Below, piece by piece: positions 22,560-32,361 of a stretch of DNA of 64,000 bases. The translations under genes were made by a program, and so were the position numbers. The first letter of the stretch is position 1. The number at the start of each line of letters is the position of its first letter. This DNA comes from an uncultured delta proteobacterium (GTDB lineage: Bacteria > Desulfobacterota > Desulfuromonadia > Desulfuromonadales > JACZKF01). The DNA lies in NCBI GenBank assembly GCA_963816395.1, contig CAWFKQ010000013.1, positions 1 to 64,000 on the forward strand, in the 5' to 3' direction. Below the pieces are notes generated by a model. It searched no databases and had not been told where the DNA came from. It was given only the letters and a program-made list of their open reading frames with translations.

Positions 22560-23900
22560 TCAGCCTTCGCCCTTGCTCAGGCTGGTTTTTTCGATCCGCT
22601 GGCCGGTCTCCAGGACCGGCGCCGGCAGTTCGGTCTCTGCATCGAAGGGGATCAGCCCCTGGGCGGAATAGATGTTGCGGGGATTCCACAGCATGTAGCC
22701 GTTGCTGCCGAACTCGCGGGAAGCGCTTACCTGGGCTTCGATTTCGGTGGCGCGGAATTCCCGCCGGTCGAAGGCGTAATCGCGGAAGGCCTGCAGCCAG
22801 GGGCGGAAGCGCACCGGCGCCAGGCCGGTGCGGTTGCGGGCGTTGTTCAGGGTGAGCAGCACCACCTCATAAGGGTTTTTCACCGGATTTTTGTAGGCGC
22901 CGACCCCGAACTGAAACCCGGAGGGATAGAGCATCGGGGCGAGATAATCGAGATACGGCGCCAGGCTCTCCAGGTGCTGACCGATCCAGGTATCGTTCTG
23001 ATTCCAGCAGACATAGCCGAAAATATCGGCCGAGAGATAGACGTTGTAAGGAACGAGCCGCTCCCGCGCCCGGGCGAGAAAGCTGCTGATCGCCTGCACC
23101 CGGTTTTCCTGGGTGTTTTCCTGGCTGAACACCAGGCCGGCGCGGTCGGGGAAGCGAACGTAGTCGAACTGGATCTCGTCGAAGCCGCTGCGCGCTGCCT
23201 CGGCGGCAATATCGATGGTGTAGTCCCAGACCTCCGGCCGGAAAGGATCGACCCAGGAGAGCCCCTCGTTGTCGCTCCACACCGCGCCGCTGGCTGTCTT
23301 CACCGCCAGCTCGGGACGGGCATGGGAGAGCCGGTTGTCCTTGAAGGTGACGATACGGGCGATGGTATAGATCTTCTTCTCATGCAGAGAAGCCAGCAGC
23401 CCCGGCAGGTCCTTCAGGGTGATGATCTGCTGGGCGCCGACCGCCGTCGCCAGCGGGACGCTGCTGCGGAAGGAAATCAGCCCCCGGTCCCCCTTGATGT
23501 CGATGACCAGGGCATTCAGCTCCGTCTTCTCGATCAGGTCGAGCGCCTTGCCCCGCAGCAGCCGGGAGCCGGCCCCGTAGAAGGAGAGGTAGAGCGCCTT
23601 CGGAGTGAAGGGAGTCAGCCGGAATTCCGGGGGGAAGGCCGTATCCTGCTCCTTGCGCAGGTAGCCCGGCGCCCTGGCCGCCAGTTGCTGGCACAGCGCC
23701 GGAATGCTGAAGCCGCCGTCGCGACCGCTGATGACGGTAGCCGGTCCGCAGGTGATGGTGGCCCCGGCCAGCGGCTGGCCGGTGGCGGCGTCGAAAACGG
23801 CGCCGTTGAAGGCCTCCCGCGCCTCGGCGGGCAGTTGGAGTTGGATGAGGATGGCGAGCAGAGACAGGGCGGCGATCAGCGAGGGGCGGCGCATGGACAT
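22560..23900 (-). CDS. Secreted putative glycoside hydrolase (DUF4015-like) with N-terminal carboxypeptidase-regulatory-like domain
   Basis: Signal peptide; NALVIDIKGDRG, IARIVTFKD, GFDEIQFDYVRFPD, PMLYPS, RPWLQAF. Confidence 0.8.
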   Translation of the reverse strand: MSMRRPSLIAALSLLAILIQLQLPAEAREAFNGAVFDAATGQPLAGATITCGPATVISGRDGGFSIPALCQQLAARAPGYLRKEQDTAFPPEFRLTPFTPKALYLSFYGAGSRLLRGKALDLIEKTELNALVIDIKGDRGLISFRSSVPLATAVGAQQIITLKDLPGLLASLHEKKIYTIARIVTFKDNRLSHARPELAVKTASGAVWSDNEGLSWVDPFRPEVWDYTIDIAAEAARSGFDEIQFDYVRFPDRAGLVFSQENTQENRVQAISSFLARARERLVPYNVYLSADIFGYVCWNQNDTWIGQHLESLAPYLDYLAPMLYPSGFQFGVGAYKNPVKNPYEVVLLTLNNARNRTGLAPVRFRPWLQAFRDYAFDRREFRATEIEAQVSASREFGSNGYMLWNPRNIYSAQGLIPFDAETELPAPVLETGQRIEKTSLSKGEG

Positions 23901-24116
23901 AGCATCTCCGGCTGGAACTCCCGGTTCCCGGGCATTGAATGAAAAAGGATTTATCACCTAAAAACGGGAGGTTGCAAAAGCCGAACCGAAGTCGGGGGGA
24001 AGCCGGAAAGAAATTTCAGACAGGTGCCAGGCGGGCTGGCGTGAGGGGCTGGCGGCCGGCCGGGGGGCAGGGGGGCGGGAGCTACGTGCTTTCGCGCAGA
24101 CGGGTCGGGAAAAATG

Positions 24117-24578
24117 TCAGGTGCCGGCCGAGCGGCGCACCTTCAGGTCCTTCGTCACTTCCAGCAGCTCGATCTCGAAGGTCAGCTCTTTGCCGGCCAG
24201 CGGATGATTGCCGTCGAGGGTGACCGTTCCTTCGCCGAGGGCAGCGACCAGCACCAGCAGGCGGTTGCCATTCTCACCGGTGATTTCCAGCTGCCGGCCG
24301 ACCTGCAGGTCCAGATGCGCCGGCAGGAGGGAGCGGTCGATCTCCTCGCGGCTGCTCTCCTGGTAAGGGCCGTAGGCTTTTTCGGGGGGTACGGTGAAGG
24401 TCTTGGCCTCGCCGGTGAACATCCCGGTCACCCCCTCGTCGAACCCGGGAATGACCTCCTGCCGGCCGAGAATGAAATGCAGCGGTCGCTCGGCGGGGGA
24501 GGCATCGAACACCGTACCGTCGGCTAGTCTGCCGATATAACGCACTTTGACCGTGTCGCCCTGGTCTGCCCGGATCAT
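24117..24578 (-). CDS. FKBP-type peptidyl-prolyl isomerase (SlyD/SlpA-like)
   Basis: VIPGFDEG, PEKAYG, DGNHPLAGKELTF. Confidence 0.92.
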   Translation of the reverse strand: MIRADQGDTVKVRYIGRLADGTVFDASPAERPLHFILGRQEVIPGFDEGVTGMFTGEAKTFTVPPEKAYGPYQESSREEIDRSLLPAHLDLQVGRQLEITGENGNRLLVLVAALGEGTVTLDGNHPLAGKELTFEIELLEVTKDLKVRRSAGT

Positions 24579-24719
24579 GGGACTCTCCTGGTGGAAGATG
24601 TTGAAGGCAAGCCCCCCGGCCCTTCGGGCACCCCCCCTGTTTTAGGGGGGCAGGGGGGTAAAGTCCCTTTGATACCCCGCCGGCCGCTGCGTGTCAACCG
24701 CAAAGACGGCGGTGAACGG

Positions 24720-25928
24720 TCAGCGACCGAGCTGCGCCGCTTCCTTGCGCCGGCCCAGATGCCACAGCTGCCGCAAGCCGAAGAGAGGACCAAAACCGAG
24801 CAGGGGAAGGAGGTGCGGGAGCGGCAGCCGCTGCATCAGCCAGGCGAGCAGCTGGATGCTGCCGATGGTGACGGCGAATCCCAGGCAGTTCATCAGGGTG
24901 AGGGCCGAGCCGACCTGCTCCGGTGGCGCCGTGCGGGCGGAGAGGGCCGAGTACTGCGGGGAATCGCCGACCACGGTGATCCCCCAGAGGAGGAGGAAGG
25001 GCAGGAACAGCGAAGGGGGCAGGAGGAAGAAGAGGGGCGCCAGCAGGCAGCAGGAGCCGGAAGCGGCCAACTGGGCGAAAGCGACCCCCAGGCTGCCGGT
25101 GTGGCGCGAGACGATGCCGCCGACGACGCAGCCGGCGGCGCCGGCGCCGATGATGAAAAAGGACCAGAGGGAGACCGGAAAGCCGGCCAGGCCATGGTGC
25201 TTCGCATAGGCGGCGAGCAGGGCGGGGGTGAAGGTCCAGAGGGCATAGAGCTCCCATTGGTGGCCGAAATAGGCAAAGCAGGCGCGGCGGAAATCCGGGC
25301 AGCGGATCACCGTCTTCAGCGCCCCGGCCTGCAGCCGGCGCCCCGGCGGCAGGTGCGGGCCGTCGGGAACGAGCAGGTAGAGGAGAGCCCCGCCCGCCGC
25401 CGCCACCGCGGAGCTGGCGGCGATCACCGCCGGCCAGGGGAGCTCCCGCCCGAGGGCGCGCAGCAGGTGGGGGAAGGCGGTGCCGAGGACCAGCGCCCCG
25501 ACCAGGTAGCCGATCGCCCGGCCGACCCCCTGCCGGTACCAGGCGACGGCGATCTTCATGCCGACCGGATAGATGCCGGCCAGGAAAAAGCCGGTGCCGA
25601 AGCGACAAAGGAGCAGCGACGGCAGGCCGCCGGCGGCGAGCCAGATCAGCAGGTTGGCGGTGGCCCCGAGCAGGGCCGAGATGAGGAACAGCAGCCGGGA
25701 GGAAAAGCGGTCGGCCCAGGCGAACCAGGCGAAGCAGAGGGTGCCGGCGATGAAGCCGAACTGCACCGCCGAGGTCATCGTCCCGAGGGCGCCGGCGGGC
25801 AGCTGCCACTGGCGCTGAAGATCGCCCATGACCGCATTGCCGGCGAACCACAGCGAGGTCCCGGCGAACTGGGAAAGGACGATGACCGGAAGAATCCGGC
25901 GCGGTACGCGGTCGGCGCTCGCCGCCAT
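24720..25928 (-). CDS. MFS transporter
   Basis: About 12 hydrophobic segments; LAGIYPVGMK, YFGHQWELYA, GDSPQYS. Confidence 0.88.
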   Translation of the reverse strand: MAASADRVPRRILPVIVLSQFAGTSLWFAGNAVMGDLQRQWQLPAGALGTMTSAVQFGFIAGTLCFAWFAWADRFSSRLLFLISALLGATANLLIWLAAGGLPSLLLCRFGTGFFLAGIYPVGMKIAVAWYRQGVGRAIGYLVGALVLGTAFPHLLRALGRELPWPAVIAASSAVAAAGGALLYLLVPDGPHLPPGRRLQAGALKTVIRCPDFRRACFAYFGHQWELYALWTFTPALLAAYAKHHGLAGFPVSLWSFFIIGAGAAGCVVGGIVSRHTGSLGVAFAQLAASGSCCLLAPLFFLLPPSLFLPFLLLWGITVVGDSPQYSALSARTAPPEQVGSALTLMNCLGFAVTIGSIQLLAWLMQRLPLPHLLPLLGFGPLFGLRQLWHLGRRKEAAQLGR

Positions 25929-26082
25929 GGCAAAATCCGTCAGAAGGGATCCGGCAAGGATTAATTGCCCGATCCTAACGGTAAAGACCGGCGGCGACAA
26001 GAGAAAAGCGCAGTCCGGGCAAACGGCAAGCGGGCCCTCGGCGGGCGGAAAAACTCAATCATCAGCCGTTCGCCGCCTGCCG

Positions 26083-26343
26083 TCACTCTTCTGAAATTCC
26101 CAGTTCCTCCTTCATGCCGAGGACGAAGTTTTTCGCCCGCCCAGCCGGGGCGATGATGCCGTAGGCCATGGCTTCCTTCAGTTCGGCCTCACTGGCGCCT
26201 GCTTCCTTCGCGACCGCGAAGTGTTTGGCCAGTCAGTCGGGGCAGGCCACGGCAACGGCGCAGGCGACCCGGATCAGTTCGCGGGTGCGGACATCCAGGA
26301 CCTCCTCGTATTCGAAGTCGAAAACCTTTTTGCGCGTCTTCAT
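26083..26343 (-). CDS. Selenoprotein, carboxymuconolactone decarboxylase/AhpD-like, CxxU motif (86 aa)
   Basis: GGAGG RBS; MKTRKKVFDFEYEEVLDVRTRELIRVACAVAVACPD-U(TGA 26233-26235)-LAKHFAVAKEAGASEAELKEAMAYGIIAPAGRAKNFVLGMKEELGISEE; CMD-family pattern continues past the UGA. Confidence 0.88.
26206..26221 (-). promoter_or_regulatory. Bacterial SECIS element
   Basis: Hairpin CTTCGC-GGTC-GCGAAG starting exactly 11 nt after the in-frame UGA, with G in the loop. Confidence 0.8.
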
Positions 26344-26376
26344 CGGTACCTCCGTTTGCAGACAGAGTTAAAAACA

Positions 26377-26420
26377 GTGAGATAGCAAGTAGTGAGTAGT
26401 AAAACTCACCTACCTCACCT
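26377..26420. repeat. Octamer/heptamer tandem-inverted array (gtgagata family)
   Basis: gtgagata gcaagta gtgagta ... ctcacc tacctcacc. Confidence 0.6.
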
Positions 26421-27596
26421 CCGCTTCGGCGCCGGCGCGAACCACCGCCCTTTCCACAGGCCGCCGCGACCGCGGCGGAAGCGGCGGGCCGAATCGAGGG
26501 TCATCGCCGTGTAGAACAACGCCGCCACGGGGAAGAGCGGCGCCAACCAGGCGGCGACCCGGTATTCGCGCAGCAGCGGCAGCAGGGTGCGGGCCATCAG
26601 CAGCCAGGCTGCCAGGCCGATGGCGGCCGGCCAGGTGCGGCCGGCGGCGAGGCCGGCAACGGCAGCCGCCGGCGGGACGGCGAACATCAGCAGCATGGCC
26701 GCCGCCGTCGCCGCCAGCAGCAGGTAAGAAAAGCGCAGCTGAACGAAGGCGGTGCGCGCCACCATGTCCCAGAGATCCTTCAGCCCGGCGTAGGAACGCA
26801 CACTCACTGTCTCCTGCGCCAGCCCCAGCCAGATCCGCCCGCCCCCCGGCCGGCCGCGGCGCTTGAGGCGCCGGGCCAGGGCGCAGTCGTCGATCAGCTC
26901 GCCGGCGATTGCCGGCAGGCCGCCGGCCGCGGTCAGCGCCTGCCGGCGCAGCAGCAGGCAGCCGCCGGCGGCGGCGGCGGTGCGCCGGGTCGGTGCCCCG
27001 ACCCAGGCAAAGGGGTAGAGCATGGCGAAGAAGTAGACAAAGGGAGGGATCAGCAGGCGTTCCCAGAAGGTCCGCACGCGCAGGCGCACCATCAGCGACA
27101 CCAGATCGAGCGTCTCCCTTTTCGCCTTGGCCACCAGGTTCCGCAGCTTCCCCGGCGGGTAGGCGATATCGGCGTCGGTGAACAGGAGGAACTCCGGAGC
27201 GGCCGCCTCGCTCGCCCGGCACCCCTGCTCCAGCGCCCACAATTTGCCGGTCCAGCCGGCCGGCAGCGGCGCCGCGGTAAGCACCGTCAGCCGTTCCGAA
27301 CTCTGCAGGGAACGCGCGAGCTGCCGGGCGACGCCGCCGGTGCCGTCCTCGCTATGGTCATCGACCAACCAGACGTGGAAGGCGCCCGGGTAATCCTGCC
27401 CGAGCAGGGCCGGGAGGGTCTGCGGCAGGATGGCCGCTTCATTGCGGGCCGGGACAATCACCGCCAGCGCCGGCCAGCTCGCCGTCGCCGGGGCAGCGGA
27501 CAGTCGGTGACCGATCCGCCAGTAACCGCCACGGCCGAGCCAGAGGTAGAGCCAGAGTATCAGGGAGAGCCCGGCCAGGGCACTCAGCGTCGCCAT
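26415..27596 (-). CDS. hpnB: GT2 glycosyltransferase, hopene-associated HpnB-like
   Basis: VPARNEA, VDDHSEDGT, GWTGKLWA, TDADI, AAGGCLL, LIDDCALA. Confidence 0.75.
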   Translation of the reverse strand: MATLSALAGLSLILWLYLWLGRGGYWRIGHRLSAAPATASWPALAVIVPARNEAAILPQTLPALLGQDYPGAFHVWLVDDHSEDGTGGVARQLARSLQSSERLTVLTAAPLPAGWTGKLWALEQGCRASEAAAPEFLLFTDADIAYPPGKLRNLVAKAKRETLDLVSLMVRLRVRTFWERLLIPPFVYFFAMLYPFAWVGAPTRRTAAAAGGCLLLRRQALTAAGGLPAIAGELIDDCALARRLKRRGRPGGGRIWLGLAQETVSVRSYAGLKDLWDMVARTAFVQLRFSYLLLAATAAAMLLMFAVPPAAAVAGLAAGRTWPAAIGLAAWLLMARTLLPLLREYRVAAWLAPLFPVAALFYTAMTLDSARRFRRGRGGLWKGRWFAPAPKRR

Positions 27597-27769
27597 ACCC
27601 GATCTCGCGGGTGCACCGGGCCGCCGCCCGGAAGGAAATTACCGCCCATTCCCGCCTCCGCAAAAAATTCCATGGGGAAAGGATACCAAAATTTTTCGTC
27701 CCGGCCGGTTCCAGGCAGCCTGAACCCCTGAACCTTTTGGGAACCCAGATAAAGGCGGAGGTACAGCGT

Positions 27770-27812
27770 TTTCGGCTTTATCCGAATTTATCCGATTTTA
27801 TCTGCGTTCAAT
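27770..27812. repeat. Short tandem array (tttatccga units)
   Basis: tttatccgaa tttatccgat tttatctgcg. Confidence 0.55.
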
Positions 27813-27844
27813 TCAGAATTTTGATTTTTCAGGTTCTAGGGGCG

Positions 27845-29068
27845 CTACTTCCCATGGGGAGATTGCCGGATGCGGGCGGGAGAAGAGGGCGTGGGGTTCC
27901 TCGCTGCGCGGCAGGCGGCTGCCAGCTGCGGGTCGGAGCACCCCCTGCCGAGCAGGCATTTCATCAGTTCCAGGGCCAGGGCCGCCTCCTGTTCTTCCCG
28001 GCTCAGCCGCTGGCGGTAGGCGGCGCTGCGCAGCAGGCGCGCGAATCCGCGGGTCAGCCCCTGGTCCCGCCCATAGCGCCGGTCGAGCTGTTCGAGGTAG
28101 TGCTGAAAGAACACCTGCCGCTGCTCGCCGGGAAGCTGCGCCAGGAGGCTGAAAGCCCCGGCGAGTTCCTCCGGGGGCGGCAACCGCGGGCTCTCCAGCA
28201 CTTCGTGCAGATCGTGGACATAGCGAACGAGGCCGTCGTAGATGTGGCGGCTCTGGACCAGGTTCAGGCCCGCCCAGCCGGCGTTCAGCCATTTGAAAAT
28301 TCCCCCGCGGACCGTTCCATCATCGGCGGCGCAGAAGATGCCGATGGAAAAGGAGGCGTACATGTAGGAATCGACCCAGCCCAGACCGGTGCGGGCCACC
28401 CCCTTTTCCCCCGAGTAGAAGTAGTCCCAGTCGACGTCGGCCCCGAGCACCGCCCCTTTTCTCCCCACCCCCGAGCGGCCCCGCTGGCGGGAGAGGTTGA
28501 CCAGCACCGGCCGGCCGCGCCAGGAGAAGAGGATCAGGGTCCGGTCGACGTCATACTCGAAATAGGTGCCGGTAACCAGATCGGGGGTGATCTCCTCGTG
28601 CTCGGTGCCGCGGATGACCACCGGCCGGCCCGGCGCCGGAGGGTATTCCCAGAGTCGGGGCAGTAGTGCCGCGCCGCTGGTCCAGCGTGCCCGTCGAATC
28701 GAGGAGGGGGTTATTATCTGGGCGGGAATGGCTGGATTAAAAGCATAGCGCAGCAGCCGCGGCAGGTCGGTTTTCAGGGTGAAGGGAAGGGCGGCGGAAG
28801 TGGTATCCTGCCTGGGAGCGGCCTCGAAATAGAGTGTCCCGTCGGCGGCGGCGAAGACAAAATCGACCAGTGGCGCTATCTGGGTTGGATCAAAAGCGGC
28901 GCTCCCCTTACCCCCGACCAGGGCGAGCAGATGGTCGAAGGTGGAAGAGAGCGCGGTCGGCAGGTTGGCCTCCGGGAGCTCCTCCCCGGCCCGGGCGGGG
29001 GAGGCGGAGAACAGGACCAGCAGGCAGCAGGCCAGGGTGAAGAGATGTCGGGGCATACGATTCATCAA
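27845..29068 (-). CDS. Hypothetical exported protein
   Basis: 407-aa ORF with signal peptide ending in ARA; no family recognised. Confidence 0.7.
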   Translation of the reverse strand: MMNRMPRHLFTLACCLLVLFSASPARAGEELPEANLPTALSSTFDHLLALVGGKGSAAFDPTQIAPLVDFVFAAADGTLYFEAAPRQDTTSAALPFTLKTDLPRLLRYAFNPAIPAQIITPSSIRRARWTSGAALLPRLWEYPPAPGRPVVIRGTEHEEITPDLVTGTYFEYDVDRTLILFSWRGRPVLVNLSRQRGRSGVGRKGAVLGADVDWDYFYSGEKGVARTGLGWVDSYMYASFSIGIFCAADDGTVRGGIFKWLNAGWAGLNLVQSRHIYDGLVRYVHDLHEVLESPRLPPPEELAGAFSLLAQLPGEQRQVFFQHYLEQLDRRYGRDQGLTRGFARLLRSAAYRQRLSREEQEAALALELMKCLLGRGCSDPQLAAACRAARNPTPSSPARIRQSPHGK

Positions 29069-29120
29069 GGAGCCGGCAACTCCGGGAAAGAAGGCCGCCG
29101 CGCGGCGATTTCAGCCTGAC

Positions 29121-29795
29121 TCAGGCCTGCCCATGATGTTCCTGCCAGTAGCTGTACTCGTACGGCCACTCTTCTTTTTTCCAGACCACCAGCTGACGCA
29201 TCCGCTCGCGGAAGGCGGCCATCTGTCGGTCGGTCTGCGGATCATGGCGCTGCTCGCGCCAGGCTTGAACCAGTTCCTCCCCGAGGGCCTCGGCCCGCGC
29301 CCGCACTTCGGGGGTGAACTCCTCCGCCGGCATGGAGGCCATGTCGGCATGAACGGCGCCGATCGGGCGAATGCCGGTCATCAGGAGGAAATTATTCATA
29401 AAAGCGGCGATCGGCTGATCATCGCTGGCGCCGGAGGTCACCACCGCGGCGCCGTATTTGCCGCCGAAGGCGAGGCAGTGAATGGTGCCGCCGCAGCGGT
29501 CCATGAAGGCCTTCATCTGAGCGCTGACGCTGCCGATATAGTTGGGGCTGGCCAGGATAACCCCGTCGGCCTCGGCAATGGCCCGGCCGATTGCCGCGAA
29601 GCCGTCCGGGTGCGGGCACTGCCCGGTGCGGTGGCAGAGATCGCACCCCTCGCAGGGAAGCACCACCCCGGCCTCCAGCACGACGACCTGTACTTCCCCC
29701 CCCTGACGCCGGGCCCCCGCAATGACCGACTCCGTCAGCCGGAAGGTATTGCCCTGCAGGCCATGCGGACTCCCAACGACACAAACGATCTGCAT
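29121..29795 (-). CDS. Iron-sulfur flavoprotein / flavodoxin-family protein
   Basis: GSPHGLQGNT, CEGCDLCHRTGQC, ASPNY, MKAFMDR. Confidence 0.88.
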   Translation of the reverse strand: MQIVCVVGSPHGLQGNTFRLTESVIAGARRQGGEVQVVVLEAGVVLPCEGCDLCHRTGQCPHPDGFAAIGRAIAEADGVILASPNYIGSVSAQMKAFMDRCGGTIHCLAFGGKYGAAVVTSGASDDQPIAAFMNNFLLMTGIRPIGAVHADMASMPAEEFTPEVRARAEALGEELVQAWREQRHDPQTDRQMAAFRERMRQLVVWKKEEWPYEYSYWQEHHGQA

Positions 29796-29873
29796 GGGTG
29801 ATTTCCTCCCCTTGAATGAATTTGCGGGGCAGGGGCACCCTGCCGCCGAAATGGGTCTCAGCCAAACCTGGTA

Positions 29874-29902
29874 ATTACACCTGCCCTTCCAGGGCTTGTC
29901 AA
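29874..29902 (-). promoter_or_regulatory. sigma70 promoter of the flavoprotein gene
   Basis: Minus strand TTGACA-17 nt-TGTAAT. Confidence 0.6.
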
Positions 29903-29983
29903 AAGAAAAATTACCGCAGAACCGCAGCCGGCGCCTGGGTGGCTTCGGCCGGCCCCCTGACGTATACTGAAGAAGAGGAAACA

Positions 29984-30391
29984 ATGATGAAAAAAGCGCT
30001 GTATTTTTCTGTCCTGGCCGGTCTGCTGGTGACCGCTGCGGGCTGGCCGGCGGATTCCCGGGCCGGAAGGGACCCGGCTGCCGTTCGGGCGGATACCCTC
30101 TTGCACAGTCACCGGCCGGTGGAGGAGGGAACGGCTTCGGCTTCCAGACGCTACCATGGGCCGGGTCGGGAGGAGCTCCGGTCCTATCATCGGGACGATC
30201 GCCATCGCCCTTTCAATTACGATCACGATCGCTTCGCCGACCGCTGGGCCTACCGGCGGCAGCACCGCCCGAACGAGGATTACGGCTATCATCATCTCGC
30301 TCCCTACCGGTCGGGAGAGGAAGTGCTGATCTGCACCCGGCGCGGCGGAGCACTCTCCTGCTACCGCGACCTTTATCCCCGCTATCGTTGA
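29984..30391 (+). CDS. Hypothetical exported His/Arg/Tyr-rich protein
   Basis: AGAGG RBS, signal peptide, low-complexity mature region with C-terminal Cys pair. Confidence 0.6.
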   Translation: MMKKALYFSVLAGLLVTAAGWPADSRAGRDPAAVRADTLLHSHRPVEEGTASASRRYHGPGREELRSYHRDDRHRPFNYDHDRFADRWAYRRQHRPNEDYGYHHLAPYRSGEEVLICTRRGGALSCYRDLYPRYR

Positions 30392-31323
30392 TCCTCCGCC
30401 GGCGGTCTCTGGCGCCGCAGCGCCTCGGCCTCGATAAAGATCCGGCGGATTTCCGGATGCCGGCCATGGATGGCAGCTTCCAGGCGATCGACCGCCGCCG
30501 CCAGTTCTTCGCTCGACAGTTCGGCGCGGAATTCCACATCCAGGTTGAGCAGAATCTCCCGCGGGCCGAAGTGCATGGTCAGCGGATCGTGGACCCGTTG
30601 CACCGCTGCATCTGCCGCCGCCACTTCGCGCACGCTGCGCACCAGGTCCTGATCGGCGCTCTCTCCCACCAGCAGGCCGCGGCTCTCGAACGCGAGGAAA
30701 AGGGCGACCGCCGCCAAAATCAGGCCGATGAGGATGGACGCGCCGCCGTCGAGGTAATGGTTGTTCAGGCGGTGCGACAGGAACACGCCGAGGAAGGCCA
30801 CCAGCAGGCCGGCCAGCGCCGCCGAATCCTCGGCGATGACCGTGTAGACCGAAGGGTCCTTGCTCGCCCGCAGGGTCCGCCAGAAATTCCCCTGCCTTTT
30901 CCCCCGCAGCAGCTCCCGCATGGCAATGGCCCAGGAGGTCCCTTCGGAAACGAAGGCGATCCCGAGCACCACGTAATTCCAGAACGGGTCGCGCAGTTCG
31001 CTGGGGTGCAGCAGGTGCAGCAGTCCTTCCAGGATCGACATGCCGCCGCCGACTCCGAAGATCACCACTGCCACGATGAGGCTCCAGAAATAAAGTTCCT
31101 TGCCGTGGCCGAAGGGATGGGCGGCATCCGGCGGCCGGCGGCTGCGCCGCAAGCCAAGGAGCAGCAAGGCCTCATTGCCGGTATCGACCACCGAGTGGAT
31201 CCCCTCGGCGGTCATGGCCGAACTGCCGGAGAGGAAGGCGGCGCCGAATTTACTCACAGCAATGAGCAGGTTGGCGGCGATGGCGGCGTAGACGACAATG
31301 GGGCGCTTCTCTTCTCGGGCCAT
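30382..31323 (-). CDS. Cation diffusion facilitator transporter
   Basis: AEGIHSVVDT, HPFGHGKE, EDSAA, LDGGAS. Confidence 0.92.
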   Translation of the reverse strand: MAREEKRPIVVYAAIAANLLIAVSKFGAAFLSGSSAMTAEGIHSVVDTGNEALLLLGLRRSRRPPDAAHPFGHGKELYFWSLIVAVVIFGVGGGMSILEGLLHLLHPSELRDPFWNYVVLGIAFVSEGTSWAIAMRELLRGKRQGNFWRTLRASKDPSVYTVIAEDSAALAGLLVAFLGVFLSHRLNNHYLDGGASILIGLILAAVALFLAFESRGLLVGESADQDLVRSVREVAAADAAVQRVHDPLTMHFGPREILLNLDVEFRAELSSEELAAAVDRLEAAIHGRHPEIRRIFIEAEALRRQRPPAEDQR

Positions 31324-31505
31324 ATTCCCTCCCCTGACTCTCTGACCCAGCATACCGTCTTTTCATCCGCCTGCATCAGCCAGGGCCTCTGCCGGGCAGC
31401 TCCGGAATGCTTCGCGGCGGCTTTGCAGATCATAATTCGGGTCGGCGCTCCCCTGCCCCTTGCCTTGAGTGCGGGGAATGCTTAACTCCTTGTGGGAGGC
31501 ATCGG

Positions 31506-32279
31506 ATGCGCTTCGTGCTCTACAATATCCGCTACGCCACGGGGCTGAGGGCGCATAACTTCATGCGCCCGTCGAGAAAAAACCTGGCCCGGATCATTTC
31601 CTTCCTGCGGGCGCTGCAACCGGACCTGGTTGGCCTGATCGAAGTAGATGAGGGGTCGTATCGCACGGGCTGGAAGAATCAGGTGCAACTGATGGCAGAG
31701 TCGCTGGGGCATTACCACTCGCATTCCGTCAAGTACGAGGAAAGCTCGTTATGGCGGCATTTGCCGGTGCTGGGCAAACAGGGGAACGCGTTTCTGGCGC
31801 GCGACCGGATTCGCAATGAGAGATTTCATTTCTTCGAACACGGCATGAAGCGGCTGGTGATCGAACTGGAGCTCGATCACGTGGTGGTCTACCTGGTGCA
31901 CCTGGCGCTGGGGTCGCGGGCACGGCATTACCAGCTGTGGGCGCTGTACGAGCTGGTGAAGGAAACGAGGAAGCCGTACATCGTGGCGGGTGATTTCAAC
32001 GCCCTGTGGGGAGAACGGGAGATCGGGCTGTTTCTGGCGGCTTCGGGGCTGAAGAATGCCAACGCGGAGAGGCTGCCGAGCTATCCGAGCAACCATCCGC
32101 GACGGCACCTCGATTTCATCCTTTACAGCAAGGGGATCAACATTCGTGAATTCCGGGTACCACAGGTGCCTTTTTCCGATCATCTGCCGCTGATCATGGA
32201 CTTCGATATCGAGGTCGAGAGAGAACAGCGCCAGAAGCCCCGCCTGCCATCGGGGGAAAAACCCGTCGGGGTAGTATAA
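31506..32279 (+). CDS. Endonuclease/exonuclease/phosphatase family protein
   Basis: YNI, GLIEVD, AGDFN, LDFI, SDHLP. Confidence 0.88.
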   Translation: MRFVLYNIRYATGLRAHNFMRPSRKNLARIISFLRALQPDLVGLIEVDEGSYRTGWKNQVQLMAESLGHYHSHSVKYEESSLWRHLPVLGKQGNAFLARDRIRNERFHFFEHGMKRLVIELELDHVVVYLVHLALGSRARHYQLWALYELVKETRKPYIVAGDFNALWGEREIGLFLAASGLKNANAERLPSYPSNHPRRHLDFILYSKGINIREFRVPQVPFSDHLPLIMDFDIEVEREQRQKPRLPSGEKPVGVV

Positions 32280-32361
32280 GAGGCGCAACTGCCCCATGAC
32301 CTTCGGTACGCGGGTGCGAAAATTCTCTCGCTGCGGATTGCCGCAGCTTCCGCTTCCCCGA

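Noticed and set aside
24610..24660. C-run/G-run palindrome upstream of the FKBP gene
   Set aside because: REP-like appearance but only loose relatives in the window (near 24060 and 39345); too weak to call.
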